This document shows, in pieces, positions 52,987 to 63,057 of a stretch of 64,000 bases of DNA. A program made the position numbers and the translations under genes. The stretch covers positions 384,001-448,000 of the forward strand of contig CP000067.1 in NCBI GenBank assembly GCA_000002445.1. The letters are read 5' to 3'. This stretch comes from Trypanosoma brucei (taxonomy: Eukaryota). The first letter of the stretch is position 1. The number at the start of each line of letters is the position of its first letter. The notes beneath the pieces are model-generated. The model was not told the DNA's origin and ran no database searches. It saw only the letters and a list, made by a program, of their open reading frames with translations.

Positions 52987-53730
52987 TCATCGCGGACGGG
53001 GCTTGGCGAGGCTGTTGGAAAGACTCTTCGGCTTATGCGAGAATGCGCTGCGCTGCGTTTCACTACGTGCTGCTGACACAGCCTCTGCACGCTTGAGCAG
53101 CCGGGTATCACGCGGGACTATAGGCACAGGAGACTCTCCCACAATACAGTCTGCGTAATCCTGAACAAACTCGCGCAGGCCACCGGTCATCACCGCTAGG
53201 TTGTCAATACCCTTTTCAAAAACGTTTTGTCCAATACCCTGGGCAATCGTCATCTCTTCTTCCAAGTCGTACAACACGATTAGCTTGTTTTCCTTATTCT
53301 TAAAGTTGAACATCTCGGGAAGAAGAGGATTAATGGCGTGTACCATTCGCCGCTTCGGATAGTGCAGTGCCCCTTTGATATGACAAGCCGCGTACTCTTC
53401 CTCCGAACGGACGTCTAGAATGAGATATTCCTTCGGCAGTTGTGTGTCGGGAGCCCGGTACTCATCCATCGGGTGGGCAAAACCGCCGTCTTTAATTTCC
53501 CCCGACTGGGATTGCTGCTTTTGAACAAAGTCCCCTATCAGTCGTGTCCGAATCCGCATGAAAGGTTCGCCTGATACCCGATACAAGGCGGCGCCTGTGT
53601 TCTTCATGAAGCGTGCCAGCTCAGCCGTCATACCGGTCTCCACAACGGGCTTCACGTGCTCATATTTTGGGTTCGCAGGGGTCTTCCTAAGAAGCAAATC
53701 CGGGTCACCAATGACGTCTCGCATAGCCAT
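52987..53730 (-). CDS. Rhodanese-homology-domain protein, apparently catalytically inactive
   Basis: The rhodanese fold signature is EYLILDVRSEEEYAACHIKGALHYP ... LIVLYDLEEEM. The active-site loop has D/E in place of the catalytic Cys (CDC25/rhodanese CX5R is absent). Confidence 0.7.
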   Translation of the reverse strand: MAMRDVIGDPDLLLRKTPANPKYEHVKPVVETGMTAELARFMKNTGAALYRVSGEPFMRIRTRLIGDFVQKQQSQSGEIKDGGFAHPMDEYRAPDTQLPKEYLILDVRSEEEYAACHIKGALHYPKRRMVHAINPLLPEMFNFKNKENKLIVLYDLEEEMTIAQGIGQNVFEKGIDNLAVMTGGLREFVQDYADCIVGESPVPIVPRDTRLLKRAEAVSAARSETQRSAFSHKPKSLSNSLAKPRPR

Positions 53731-54497
53731 CTAAGCTGATATAAACAGCGTCGATAGAAATGAAAGAAAACTTTGCAAAACGATAGTGAAATTGGCAGCA
53801 AAATTTGTTAATCAACCACAACAACAGTGAAGGATACCAATTGTGGCATTCCGTTTGCCCCTGGGTGACCGAGTGTAGGTACGGAAGAAAACAACTAACG
53901 TGAATTTTACGCGGAAGATGCGGGGTTTACCACAATCTACATGCACAGCAAAGGGCACTTCCGACTTTTTCTCCGGTCTCCCCTCCTCCACACAACTCGT
54001 TCACCCACGACATTTACCCTGTCACACGAAAAACCTGTCTACAAATTCCAGCTATGCAGGGCACTTCAACATTTGGTTTTGCTAACATAAGTCCCATGAA
54101 CGGCTATATCCGCCTCGTTTTCTCCGCGTGGCCACTACATCGCTTACTTTTTTGCTACACCGTGTGAGCTCGGAGTTGCAACTTCGCCTCTTGCCGTTAC
54201 TCAATTATTGTCAACCTCAACACCGCAAGAGAAAGAGAATGCACACAAGTGAGGAAGAGAGAACAGTGACATGTCATGTGTATAGATGAAGGGGCCAGCA
54301 CAGTTCCGGTAGACAAAGTGTGAAAAAACTTGAACCTGCAGTTCAAGCACAATCAAAAGGTGTACACTTACATGACTAGACGGAACCCAGCAAACCAAGA
54401 GGCAACGACTTTCGAGTTTTCCTCCACTCACTTGTCACCGAAAGTCAGGCAGGGGTGGAAAAAAAAACTAAAAGTCGATGAACCCCTTTGTTGCTAT

Positions 54498-55547
54498 CTA
54501 TTCATCTACATCCTCCGGTCTAAAGAAGAAATTTGAATACAGCGGGCCTTCTTCGTGAAGGTCGCAGCAGTGAACGGCGTTGTGGGCCCTGTCCACCCCA
54601 AAACGGGCACGAATGGACGTCGGCCGCAGCTCCTTTGCGATGACGGGGTCAAAGGGCCCACACACCTCACGTGCCACGGAGACAACATCAACTCCTTCAT
54701 CCAAAGACACAAACTGCAAGACCCAAACAGTGCCCATCAGCGACCGCATCGTGTCTGGAAAGTCGGGTAGAACACCTTTGTAAGGCTTCAGCAGCTCGTT
54801 TGCTTGTTGAGAAGTCATGTTTGTGAGCGAAATGCCGCTGATTTCGAGACCAGCATCAATTAACTGCTGAACAATGACCCCACCAGCCAGTTTTTGTAAA
54901 GCGTGCGGCTTGATTATCACTACGGTGGAGTTGGGGTCACCGAGAATAGCAACTGGTTGCTCCTTCGCCTTTTCCACAATCTGCTCCCACCTACCGACTT
55001 CCTCCACACTCTCAGCTGCGCGGGCGCCCGGCATGCGGGCCATGAAATCGATGCCACGTTGAAGGGCGTTGGTATTGGCGCACTTAACGACAACGATGCG
55101 ACCCTCCACCAAATCCGGTGGTACACCATATGCTGCCGCTGTTTCCACTGGTAGCCACGCCATCTGCATCTCTAATGCAACAAAACCGCATTCCTCCGTG
55201 AGCACCGCCAGGCAACGCCCCAACTGAGGCAGTAGTTGTTCCCCGAACATCACAGCAGTGACTTCTCCCCTTTCGCCGCACAGTTCACGCGTCACCTCGT
55301 CAGCATAGGCGGTTAATTTGATGACACCACCAAGCAGCGAAAGGGAGGAACCAACTTTAAAGTCATCTCTATTCAAATGAGGGAAGTGGGCACGTTTGAG
55401 GTGAAGTCGGTTCTTCGTCACCTCTCTTATCTCTACGGTACGGTCCTCGAAGTAAAACTGAAGTACATAATGATTCATGCGATGCGCTATGTGATCATAC
55501 TGCTCGCAATAAAAGGAAAGACGTGGATCCTGCAGTGAACGCGCCAT
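54498..55547 (-). CDS. NME7-like nucleoside diphosphate kinase with an N-terminal DM10 domain (axonemal/basal-body type NDK)
   Basis: The DM10 signature is RLSFYCEQYDHIAHRMNHYVLQFYFEDRTVEIREVTKNRLHLKRAHFPHL. The NDK domain includes VVIIKPHALQ and the catalytic-His motif NAVHCCD (cf. NxxHGSD). Confidence 0.8.
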   Translation of the reverse strand: MARSLQDPRLSFYCEQYDHIAHRMNHYVLQFYFEDRTVEIREVTKNRLHLKRAHFPHLNRDDFKVGSSLSLLGGVIKLTAYADEVTRELCGERGEVTAVMFGEQLLPQLGRCLAVLTEECGFVALEMQMAWLPVETAAAYGVPPDLVEGRIVVVKCANTNALQRGIDFMARMPGARAAESVEEVGRWEQIVEKAKEQPVAILGDPNSTVVIIKPHALQKLAGGVIVQQLIDAGLEISGISLTNMTSQQANELLKPYKGVLPDFPDTMRSLMGTVWVLQFVSLDEGVDVVSVAREVCGPFDPVIAKELRPTSIRARFGVDRAHNAVHCCDLHEEGPLYSNFFFRPEDVDE

Positions 55548-56216
55548 TGCTATATGAACACAAAATCAATCAAAGGTTTATCTTGGTTTGCCTTTAGCCA
55601 CCTTTCGGATTCAATTCCTACTTCTCTTATTTTTTCACCTTGAAAGTGCGCAGTTGCAATAGACAATCAAAAAGAAAACAGGGGTGAACACCGCAGGCAA
55701 CTGCTTGGAAGACTGATACACAAACCTGTAGCTGCCAACAGCCGAAGAGAGTATGCGTTTCCCCCCCCCCCCCCATTTTCCCCCTTCCTTCACGGACATT
55801 TGCACTTTTTCGCCGAACAAAAGATATTTTCTTCACTGCCGAAAGAATCACGCCCCATCAACCATACAAATAACAATATATTACACCATAAAAACGAAGA
55901 GATGTAAGGGAAAAGAAGCCAAAGATTGCTTAATCCTTGACGTGAAAGGTAGTGCAAGAGGCTGTGACATAAACAACACGTGGTGATTCTCCAGCATCCA
56001 AGTGGATGACAACCACTCTCGTTGCTAGCAGGCCCGCAAATACCACCCAACGTGTGACAAAACACGCATTTCTACATGCCCCTTCACCCCATAATCTAAA
56101 GGGTTCAATCTACAGAAATCCAACAAAACTATGAATACTGAAAGAATCTGACGGTAGTGCCGGTCAAATATTTACTCATCCCGCACTTCGCCCTTGTCTT
56201 TTGGGCGCGGTTGCAG

Positions 56217-56696
56217 CTACTTGGTGACCTTCTTGAGCATTTTCCGAAGTCGCTCCATTTCAATAATCTCTCTGCGGTGTTCAGCTTCCTTTTTCTCGAC
56301 CTGTCTAAACACCTCCTGAAGCTCGTTGTGGCGCTCCCGCTGCTTCTCCTTCTCGAGTTTGTCCTCACGCATGTATTCACTAACTGCTGCACTTATTTTG
56401 CTGGATATAATCCTCTTTTCCCCTTGCACGCGCTCCGTTGCCTCGCGCAGCTGCTCGAACCGCATTTCCTCCACCTCTGTCTCCCGGCGGCACTTGTCTA
56501 CGGCCGCGCGGGTTTCAACCTCGCGCTGGCGGAACATCTCCAACCGAGAGATCAGCAACTCTACAAAACGTGCAGGTAACGCCGCTATTTCAGCCTCTGT
56601 GAAGGGAATACCGCTGTCCATCAGTTGCCTTCTAAGCTGAACAGAGGCCAAATCAATGCACTCGCTGTGGCGGGCTCGGAGGCACTCGGTGTCCAT
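56217..56696 (-). CDS. Small coiled-coil protein, 159 aa
   Basis: Heptad-rich and charged (EVETRAAVDKCRRETEVEEMRFEQLREATERVQGEKR...EKEKQRERHNELQEVFRQVEKKEAEHRREIIEMERLRKMLKK). Co-oriented ORF with coding-like codon usage. Confidence 0.5.
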   Translation of the reverse strand: MDTECLRARHSECIDLASVQLRRQLMDSGIPFTEAEIAALPARFVELLISRLEMFRQREVETRAAVDKCRRETEVEEMRFEQLREATERVQGEKRIISSKISAAVSEYMREDKLEKEKQRERHNELQEVFRQVEKKEAEHRREIIEMERLRKMLKKVTK

Positions 56697-57719
56697 TGTA
56701 TATCTTTCCCCCCTACGCGGTTGTAAAGGCTTTTCCCGCTTCCTACTTTACTTGAATAATGATCGAACGCCCAAGAGCTGAACTGTGGTGACAGCGCTCG
56801 CCACGAAATATCAGCGACGACCAGACGGGGAAAAACGAGAATAGTGCAAAAGCATTCATTATTTAGTTTGAAGGGATCGGGATCATCACACTTGACGAAA
56901 AGAACAAAGAACACTTGGGAGGGGGTTCGAGAAATGTCGTTGCGCTACTCTAAGCTATCCTCTTATTATGGCATTGGGGTGATGGTTTCCGGGAGCACTG
57001 TCAAAAGCACACACACATCTATTCCTTCCCTCCAAAGACCTCAGATGATGTGATCCAACGCACTACAGACACAATCCCCAGGATGGTTTCACGGTGCACA
57101 AAGTTAATCGAAGGACCCAAGCGCACGGACCAATGCATCACTTCTGGGTAGGTTCGCGAACGACAGAAAAAAGTGGTTCTGCCGCTCGACCAATAGCATT
57201 TCATCCTGTTATCGATGAGGTCTGAACTAACCTGCCTTTGGTTACGGTGAACTAAACTAAAAAAAAAAAAACAGCAACGCGGCATACCAATCCTTGATAT
57301 TGGGCACTTCTAACCCAAAGACTCTAAACAACAACAACAGCAACCAGCACCAGATCAAACAAACTTTTTGCTGCCTCTTTACCCTCGCGCGGCACCCAAG
57401 CGTTGCATCCGGCTGTCGCTTACCTACCGGAATGAGACCTCAACGAAGGAAAAAAAAACGAAGGACAAAAAACCGATGAGAAGAAGACACTTGATAGACC
57501 TACGGAGACGCACACGGGAAAACACAGATAAGTTTTGATGATAACACCACGTTAGTACCACCTGCGGCGATGTGCTTGCCATCAGGGCACCGCCTTTTGA
57601 TTTACATCATATCTAGACAGTCTAAATAATACATACCATCCTCTGATATATGTGCAAAGTAGTCACAGTGGCTCTTTACACCCGTGCCGACATGAGGGTT
57701 GCACAAAATCCACCGTTGA

Positions 57720-58988
57720 TTAGGAGAAGTCCCATCGTTTCTTTAACATTGTCTCAAAGTCGTTGTCTAATTCGAACATAGCACTTAGGGGAGTATGCCA
57801 CTCGACAATTTCCTCGAAGGTGAAACGTCGGTACAGCGCCTGCCGAACATCCCAGGCGGTAAGAAACGCATCCTGCTCCTCACCATCCTCCGCACTGAAC
57901 CGTTTGTGCAACTCGATGACATCAGCGGTCCCGCACGTGTCCTTCGGGAATAGTTCCCAAAGTCGCTCAAGCATCATCAATCGGGCTGGTGGGAGGGGTG
58001 GAAGCAAGAGATTCATGTAGAGAAGATAATCCACTGACCCATCGCCTGCGGTGTCCAGAACGGTGAGGGCACTCTCAGGATCCTTTAAGTATAGCCGGTG
58101 TCCGCGCAAAACTTCTAGGAAGGTTTCACGCGAAAGAAAGAAGTTTCGCTGCACGTCCTGCCGGCGTAGCGCAATAGACAGTTGACGGACCGCCAACGGG
58201 GATTGGATCACAACCGGTCGATGACTGCTGAGGATTATATCATCCACCACTGCGACGGTAGTTCTCACATCGGTAACGGCACCCTTCTCTGCTGCAGTCT
58301 GGTAGGAACTGAAGGTCATGTTGCAGGGGTTTTGTTCTCTGTGAGTTCTCATGGTCTCTTCATCCAGTGGGGTTCGGACGCTAGCGGGCCACACACCGCG
58401 CATCAACGTTAGAAACTCAAGGTCATTGGCGCACAACGCAGCGACCCCGGAACAGTACTGTTCGAATTCTTGCCGCGTGATGGCACCATCTGGATTTGTT
58501 GTTGTGCTGAAGGCAGCTTCAAACTCTGAGCGGACTCCCTGCTCCGACCGAATGTTCTGAACGACATCGGGGTGTCCGGCGGCGTTATATGAGCTGAGAA
58601 CCTCATCAATGTACACGGACCCGTCCTTACTTTGAGTAAAGGTGTACCATACACGTGTAATCCACGTCAGTTTCAGTGGTGTGAGGTTACGTCGAAGGGC
58701 CGCAATAAAGTCAGTCGGATCGAGAACACCATCACCACTTCTATCCAGCACATGAACAATTGCTTCAATGTCTTCGCTGTCCAACGATACGCCGCTTTCC
58801 TCAAGCGCCTCAACAAATTTTGCCTTTTCCATTGATTGACCCCCGCTATCCACTGCTATGCCGCAACCGCGGCTCAACTTCCGTATACCATTCGCTCCAG
58901 ACGCCCCATTACACAGCAGACGGCGGGTTCTCTGCACTATGGACTTAAAGCGAGTGTGTTTGGCTCTTGAGGCATACAACAACGGCAT
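57720..58988 (-). CDS. EF-hand calcium-binding domain protein, 422 aa
   Basis: One canonical EF loop (DRSGDGVLDPTD) and a second degenerate one (DTAGDGSVDYLL). The rest is helical. Confidence 0.6.
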   Translation of the reverse strand: MPLLYASRAKHTRFKSIVQRTRRLLCNGASGANGIRKLSRGCGIAVDSGGQSMEKAKFVEALEESGVSLDSEDIEAIVHVLDRSGDGVLDPTDFIAALRRNLTPLKLTWITRVWYTFTQSKDGSVYIDEVLSSYNAAGHPDVVQNIRSEQGVRSEFEAAFSTTTNPDGAITRQEFEQYCSGVAALCANDLEFLTLMRGVWPASVRTPLDEETMRTHREQNPCNMTFSSYQTAAEKGAVTDVRTTVAVVDDIILSSHRPVVIQSPLAVRQLSIALRRQDVQRNFFLSRETFLEVLRGHRLYLKDPESALTVLDTAGDGSVDYLLYMNLLLPPLPPARLMMLERLWELFPKDTCGTADVIELHKRFSAEDGEEQDAFLTAWDVRQALYRRFTFEEIVEWHTPLSAMFELDNDFETMLKKRWDFS

Positions 58989-59537
58989 TTGAGGCTCTCC
59001 ACTTCTCTAACTTTGGCTTATTTATCCCCCGTTGGCCCGTATCCTTTTTGCTTTAAAAAAATATGTTGAAGAGAATCCAACCAGCACCCAATATGTGAAC
59101 CACTACTGCCTCACCTTCACCCTAACCCTAACCTTTTTTAGTTTTTTTGTCCCTTACACTCGTGACGGTAATGTTCCCTCCTTCCCTGCCGCTGCAAGCG
59201 GTGGCGTCCAGATGTTTAATCAGCGTTCCAGGCACCTAGATTGAGAAGTGAGAAAAAAAATAAGAAGCATAAAATGTATCGGCATGAAATGATTTGGCGT
59301 ACTTTTAAATCATACGCACTCCACATAGCGAATTGTTATGGAGGTGGGGAGTGGAGTGGGGCAAATGCAGCAAGTAAAAGGAGTCATCTTTCGTAGTAAC
59401 TAAGATAAAGATACACAGTGAAGACATGTATAACAACTAGTGAAGGGAGGATCTTCACGATATACATGACTACAGTTCGCGGCGCCGCCTGCCAAACACC
59501 ACCGCGCGAAGGCATGAAAAGAATTAGTTCACATAAA

Positions 59538-60353
59538 TCACCGCGATCCACTCGCCGACATTTCGCGGGAAGTGACAGTCGCATTCAGTTCAGGTTCTTT
59601 AGGAGCACGCAGCGGGATCGTGGGGTCGAGCGGCCACCACTCGTCGATGTTGCTCATCTTGAAGGTATGTGGTACTTTGAAGCCTCCTACATGTGGTAGT
59701 GCAGAGATCTTAGATGGCGCGCGTTTGCTCCGTTTCTTCTCCCTAATTAATTCATTCAACATCTGCACGCGCCTAGGAGGGTTCACATACTCATTTCCAT
59801 GAACAGTTGGAAAACTTACAGGTGTCCCAGCAAACTTTGACGCGATCCCTCTAAATGTGTGCCTAGGAATCGTGCCTGTAAGTGTTGAGGGAACCCACTC
59901 CCACTGCGGAACTTTTTGCTCCACTGACTCTTGTTGGAAAACACGTTCGAGAAAACTTCTGTTTGAAAGCGGCGTGCAGCTCCGCGCGGCGGTCGAAGCG
60001 TGAGAAGCGACTTTTGTTGTTTCAGGATGCCACTTGGCTACCACCGTGCTCCGTGGTTTTTCCACGATGCTGTCCAAGAAACCGGCCTCACACATCATCT
60101 GCTCATCAGTTTTGTAATACTCCAATGTGTGCATCAAAGGACGCTGAGGAAAGGGATGGGCCTCATCAGCTACTGATGCATTCCAACGCGGTCGCAGAGG
60201 TGGAAGAGGCGCACGCCGGAATCGCTCCACCTCACGGCGACGGAGGCGGTGCTTATCATTCTTCGGCAACGGTTCATACACCACTTCATTCCGAGTGTAG
60301 GATGCACCGCCAAGGACAGTAGAGGCTTGCCCTGACCCGCGGAACATATTCAC
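59538..60353 (-). CDS. Hypothetical basic protein, 271 aa
   Basis: ORF in array orientation. It has a Pro/Arg-rich N-terminal third and no recognisable domain. Confidence 0.45.
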   Translation of the reverse strand: MNMFRGSGQASTVLGGASYTRNEVVYEPLPKNDKHRLRRREVERFRRAPLPPLRPRWNASVADEAHPFPQRPLMHTLEYYKTDEQMMCEAGFLDSIVEKPRSTVVAKWHPETTKVASHASTAARSCTPLSNRSFLERVFQQESVEQKVPQWEWVPSTLTGTIPRHTFRGIASKFAGTPVSFPTVHGNEYVNPPRRVQMLNELIREKKRSKRAPSKISALPHVGGFKVPHTFKMSNIDEWWPLDPTIPLRAPKEPELNATVTSREMSASGSR

Positions 60354-61152
60354 TCAATATTGCTCTTTTTCCCCTTTTATTTACAGTGCCTATGAATTAA
60401 AAAAAAGAAAGTGGGAACGCCGCTCCAACAAAACTAACAATACCATGTATCACAACGCAGTTTGGGATGAATAAGACCGCTACTGCGCCCCCACAAGACA
60501 ACTCACGCAGTTCGATTCATGACATTCACTTCACCCAAATGGTATTGCACCGCGCATTTGGGTAATGTTCGGCTTTCAAGGGAAAGTGAGGGGTATATAT
60601 ATATAAATATATTCAGAAAAGGAAAAATACGAAGACCGACGCCAACAGGACAACATTCAGAAAGACTATAAATGCTGACAGTGGAGCAAAAAGGAGACCG
60701 CACCTCTCAGCCGCCTTCTTTTCTACCGATCTTCCTTCAGGCGAACATAACGCGCATTATCTGGTACCGTAAATGTAGAAGTGCGTGACAACAAAAGACA
60801 ACATCAACGAAAAAATCGCCAGCCTGTTCAACCGGGGGGAGGGGGGGGGGAGATGAGCAAATAACACAAGTATAACCACAATCCCTCTTTCATAATTTCC
60901 TCAGTCGTGATTCCGATTTCCTGCACGCATATGCACAAGGCACAAACCTTCATCACCCCGCTACGCCGCACTGCTCCCTTTCCTTTCCCTCGGTTCATCC
61001 CTGCACAAAATCATATTACCGCTACTGTGCCGCTGCAGATTGCATCAGAGCTCACAATATAATATCGAGTATCACATTCGGAACATACGAACGCGACTCC
61101 CATCCCTTCCCGTCACTATCAAACACACACCAAACCAATGCACTTAATGCAA

Positions 61153-61626
61153 TCACTCACGAGAGAAAATGTTACGTCCCGCATTCCGTAGTGTAAAGAG
61201 TGACTTGATAGCAGTTTCTCGCACACGCGCTCCCACAACACGCTCCACACACTTTCCATCCAAAAAGATAAGCACCGTGGGAAAAGTGAGGACACCATAC
61301 TCATTCACCATTTTCTTCGCTCGCGGCCCCGGCACCAGTGCGAGCTTCACCTCATTTGGATTCCCCAAATTCACAGCATTGATGGAAGAGATGAAACTAC
61401 GCGTTAAGGGATCCTCCGCTATGGACGTCTCCGCACCATCGCCTACCCGCCTGTGGAGGCTGCCTGTGTGAAGTATCGCAACTACACAACGTGTTTTGTG
61501 ATGATCGAGGAAATCTGTGAAAACCTTTTCATTTGGCAACTCCGCTATTTCATATCCGCTAGCGGGAGGTCGCGATATTTTTGCAATCTTCGTGATGAAC
61601 AGAAATGGCCGTGTCAACCGCAACAT
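61153..61626 (-). CDS. Thioredoxin-fold protein lacking the CxxC active site (phosducin/TXNDC9-like or similar redox-inactive Trx-like)
   Basis: The C-terminal motif EYGVLTFPTVLIFLDGKCVERVVGA matches the thioredoxin beta3-alpha3-beta4 region (cf. PTFLFFKNGKKVDEVVGA). Where WCGPC should be, the sequence is TRCVVAILHTGS, with no CxxC. Confidence 0.6.
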   Translation of the reverse strand: MLRLTRPFLFITKIAKISRPPASGYEIAELPNEKVFTDFLDHHKTRCVVAILHTGSLHRRVGDGAETSIAEDPLTRSFISSINAVNLGNPNEVKLALVPGPRAKKMVNEYGVLTFPTVLIFLDGKCVERVVGARVRETAIKSLFTLRNAGRNIFSRE

Positions 61627-62115
61627 TTTCCCAGCGCCCCCCTCTTCTCCACAGGATGGATAAAAGGGCTGGCAGACGAGCTACAAATGAAGTAGTAGGT
61701 AGTGGAGAAGGGTAAGAATGTGCAAGAAAGGGTGTGTCTCTTTTTTTTTTTTAAGGGGGAGGGAAAACTCGCCAAAAGAAGAAGTTAACCCTCAGAAGGT
61801 AGCCCACAAGTAGCCGATGGCGCTGCAACTTCGCGGTTATGCGCTTAGAGTGAGGACCGAAATGTTCATAGTGATGGTGAGGATGCAGTGCTGAAAGGAG
61901 CACATACGTGTCTGTGGAGACACGTACCGCGCGCACAAATGAGTACGGGTAATGCCCAAAATGGAAGATGCAAAAATACTCCTTGGACTCCGTGCCCACA
62001 ACGAAGGTACTTCCATCCCTTCAGTATGGTTTCACCGGATTCCAAACCCATCTCACGCATCCCCCCCCCTACGTAATGCTCGCACCGTTTAGCTTCACTT
62101 GATCCTTCCTTTTCT

Positions 62116-62352
62116 TTAGGTCTTCCATCCGGCATTCTTCTCGTACTCGGCGCGAAGCCGCTTTTCCTCCTCAGGGGACGGCTGCGGGTACATAATCATT
62201 ACCCATCCTACCACCAGCGGTACCAACACAAGCTGAATTTTCAACATCTTAATTAGCTCTCCCTTGGCCTTGTCCTTTAAGCTCTTGTTCTCCATCCCGG
62301 GTTTATGGCCCTCAAACCCGCCCGTCAGCATCCGTCTGGAAACCCGAAACAT
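62116..62352 (-). CDS. Candidate small single-pass (tail-anchored-like) membrane protein, 78 aa
   Basis: Basic N-terminus, one TM helix (IQLVLVPLVVGWVMIMY) and a short charged C-tail. It sits alone in a 1.4 kb spacer on the coding strand. Small-ORF calls are inherently uncertain. Confidence 0.3.
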   Translation of the reverse strand: MFRVSRRMLTGGFEGHKPGMENKSLKDKAKGELIKMLKIQLVLVPLVVGWVMIMYPQPSPEEEKRLRAEYEKNAGWKT

Positions 62353-63057
62353 TTTCGCTCAGGCGCAGCTCGGACGCGCACAGTCAAACCTTCCTTTATT
62401 TAAGGGGTATTGAGTACACGTGCGAAGGTATACACGAAAAAGGTAGAGATATCTCTGCCTCTCAACGCAGACTTTACCTTTTTTTCTTTCGGTGGGCTTA
62501 TGAGCTCTCCTTCTTCTGTTCGCCTCCCTTACTGAAGATAAATTAAAGGTAAAAACAGAAAAAAAAACAGAAGAAAATGAAGGAACTAAGGGGTACCCCA
62601 CACACCACTCGGAAGGAATACCAACCACTACGAAACGCGACCGTAGAAAGGAGTTATACCAATGCGAGGAAACCTCTCAGAAGCTGTCTCAATAACTGAC
62701 CGGCAATGCATCAGGCACGCAAATAAGCATCTGTTAAGAGAATACAGAAAGGTAGCAATAATACTGTGCCAAAAGGGAAGAAGGAGAGGAAAATAAAGAG
62801 GGGAGGGGGAGAAAAAGTGGGAATCAAGTGCAGACACCGGTCGAAGTGGGACCCCTGTTGGATCATTTCTCCATAAAATATTAAAACACGCACACGCCAT
62901 ACAGAAGCAGAGCTTTCCACAACTGTATTAAAATAAACAAATATGGACATGAATACACACATATGGATATATGATGTTCTCTATGCACCAGTTTGTCGAC
63001 CCTAACATGCCGCTCCCGCTACCACACGGCGTCACACCGCTCATCGTTTCTCCCAGC

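Noticed and set aside
60534-60562. Perfect 8-bp hairpin cccaaatg-N13-catttggg in the spacer, next to a T-loop-like gttcgattc
   Set aside because: It is short, and no cloverleaf or snoRNA box arrangement could be built around it by eye. It is probably a chance inverted repeat. It could be revisited with tRNAscan-SE/Infernal.
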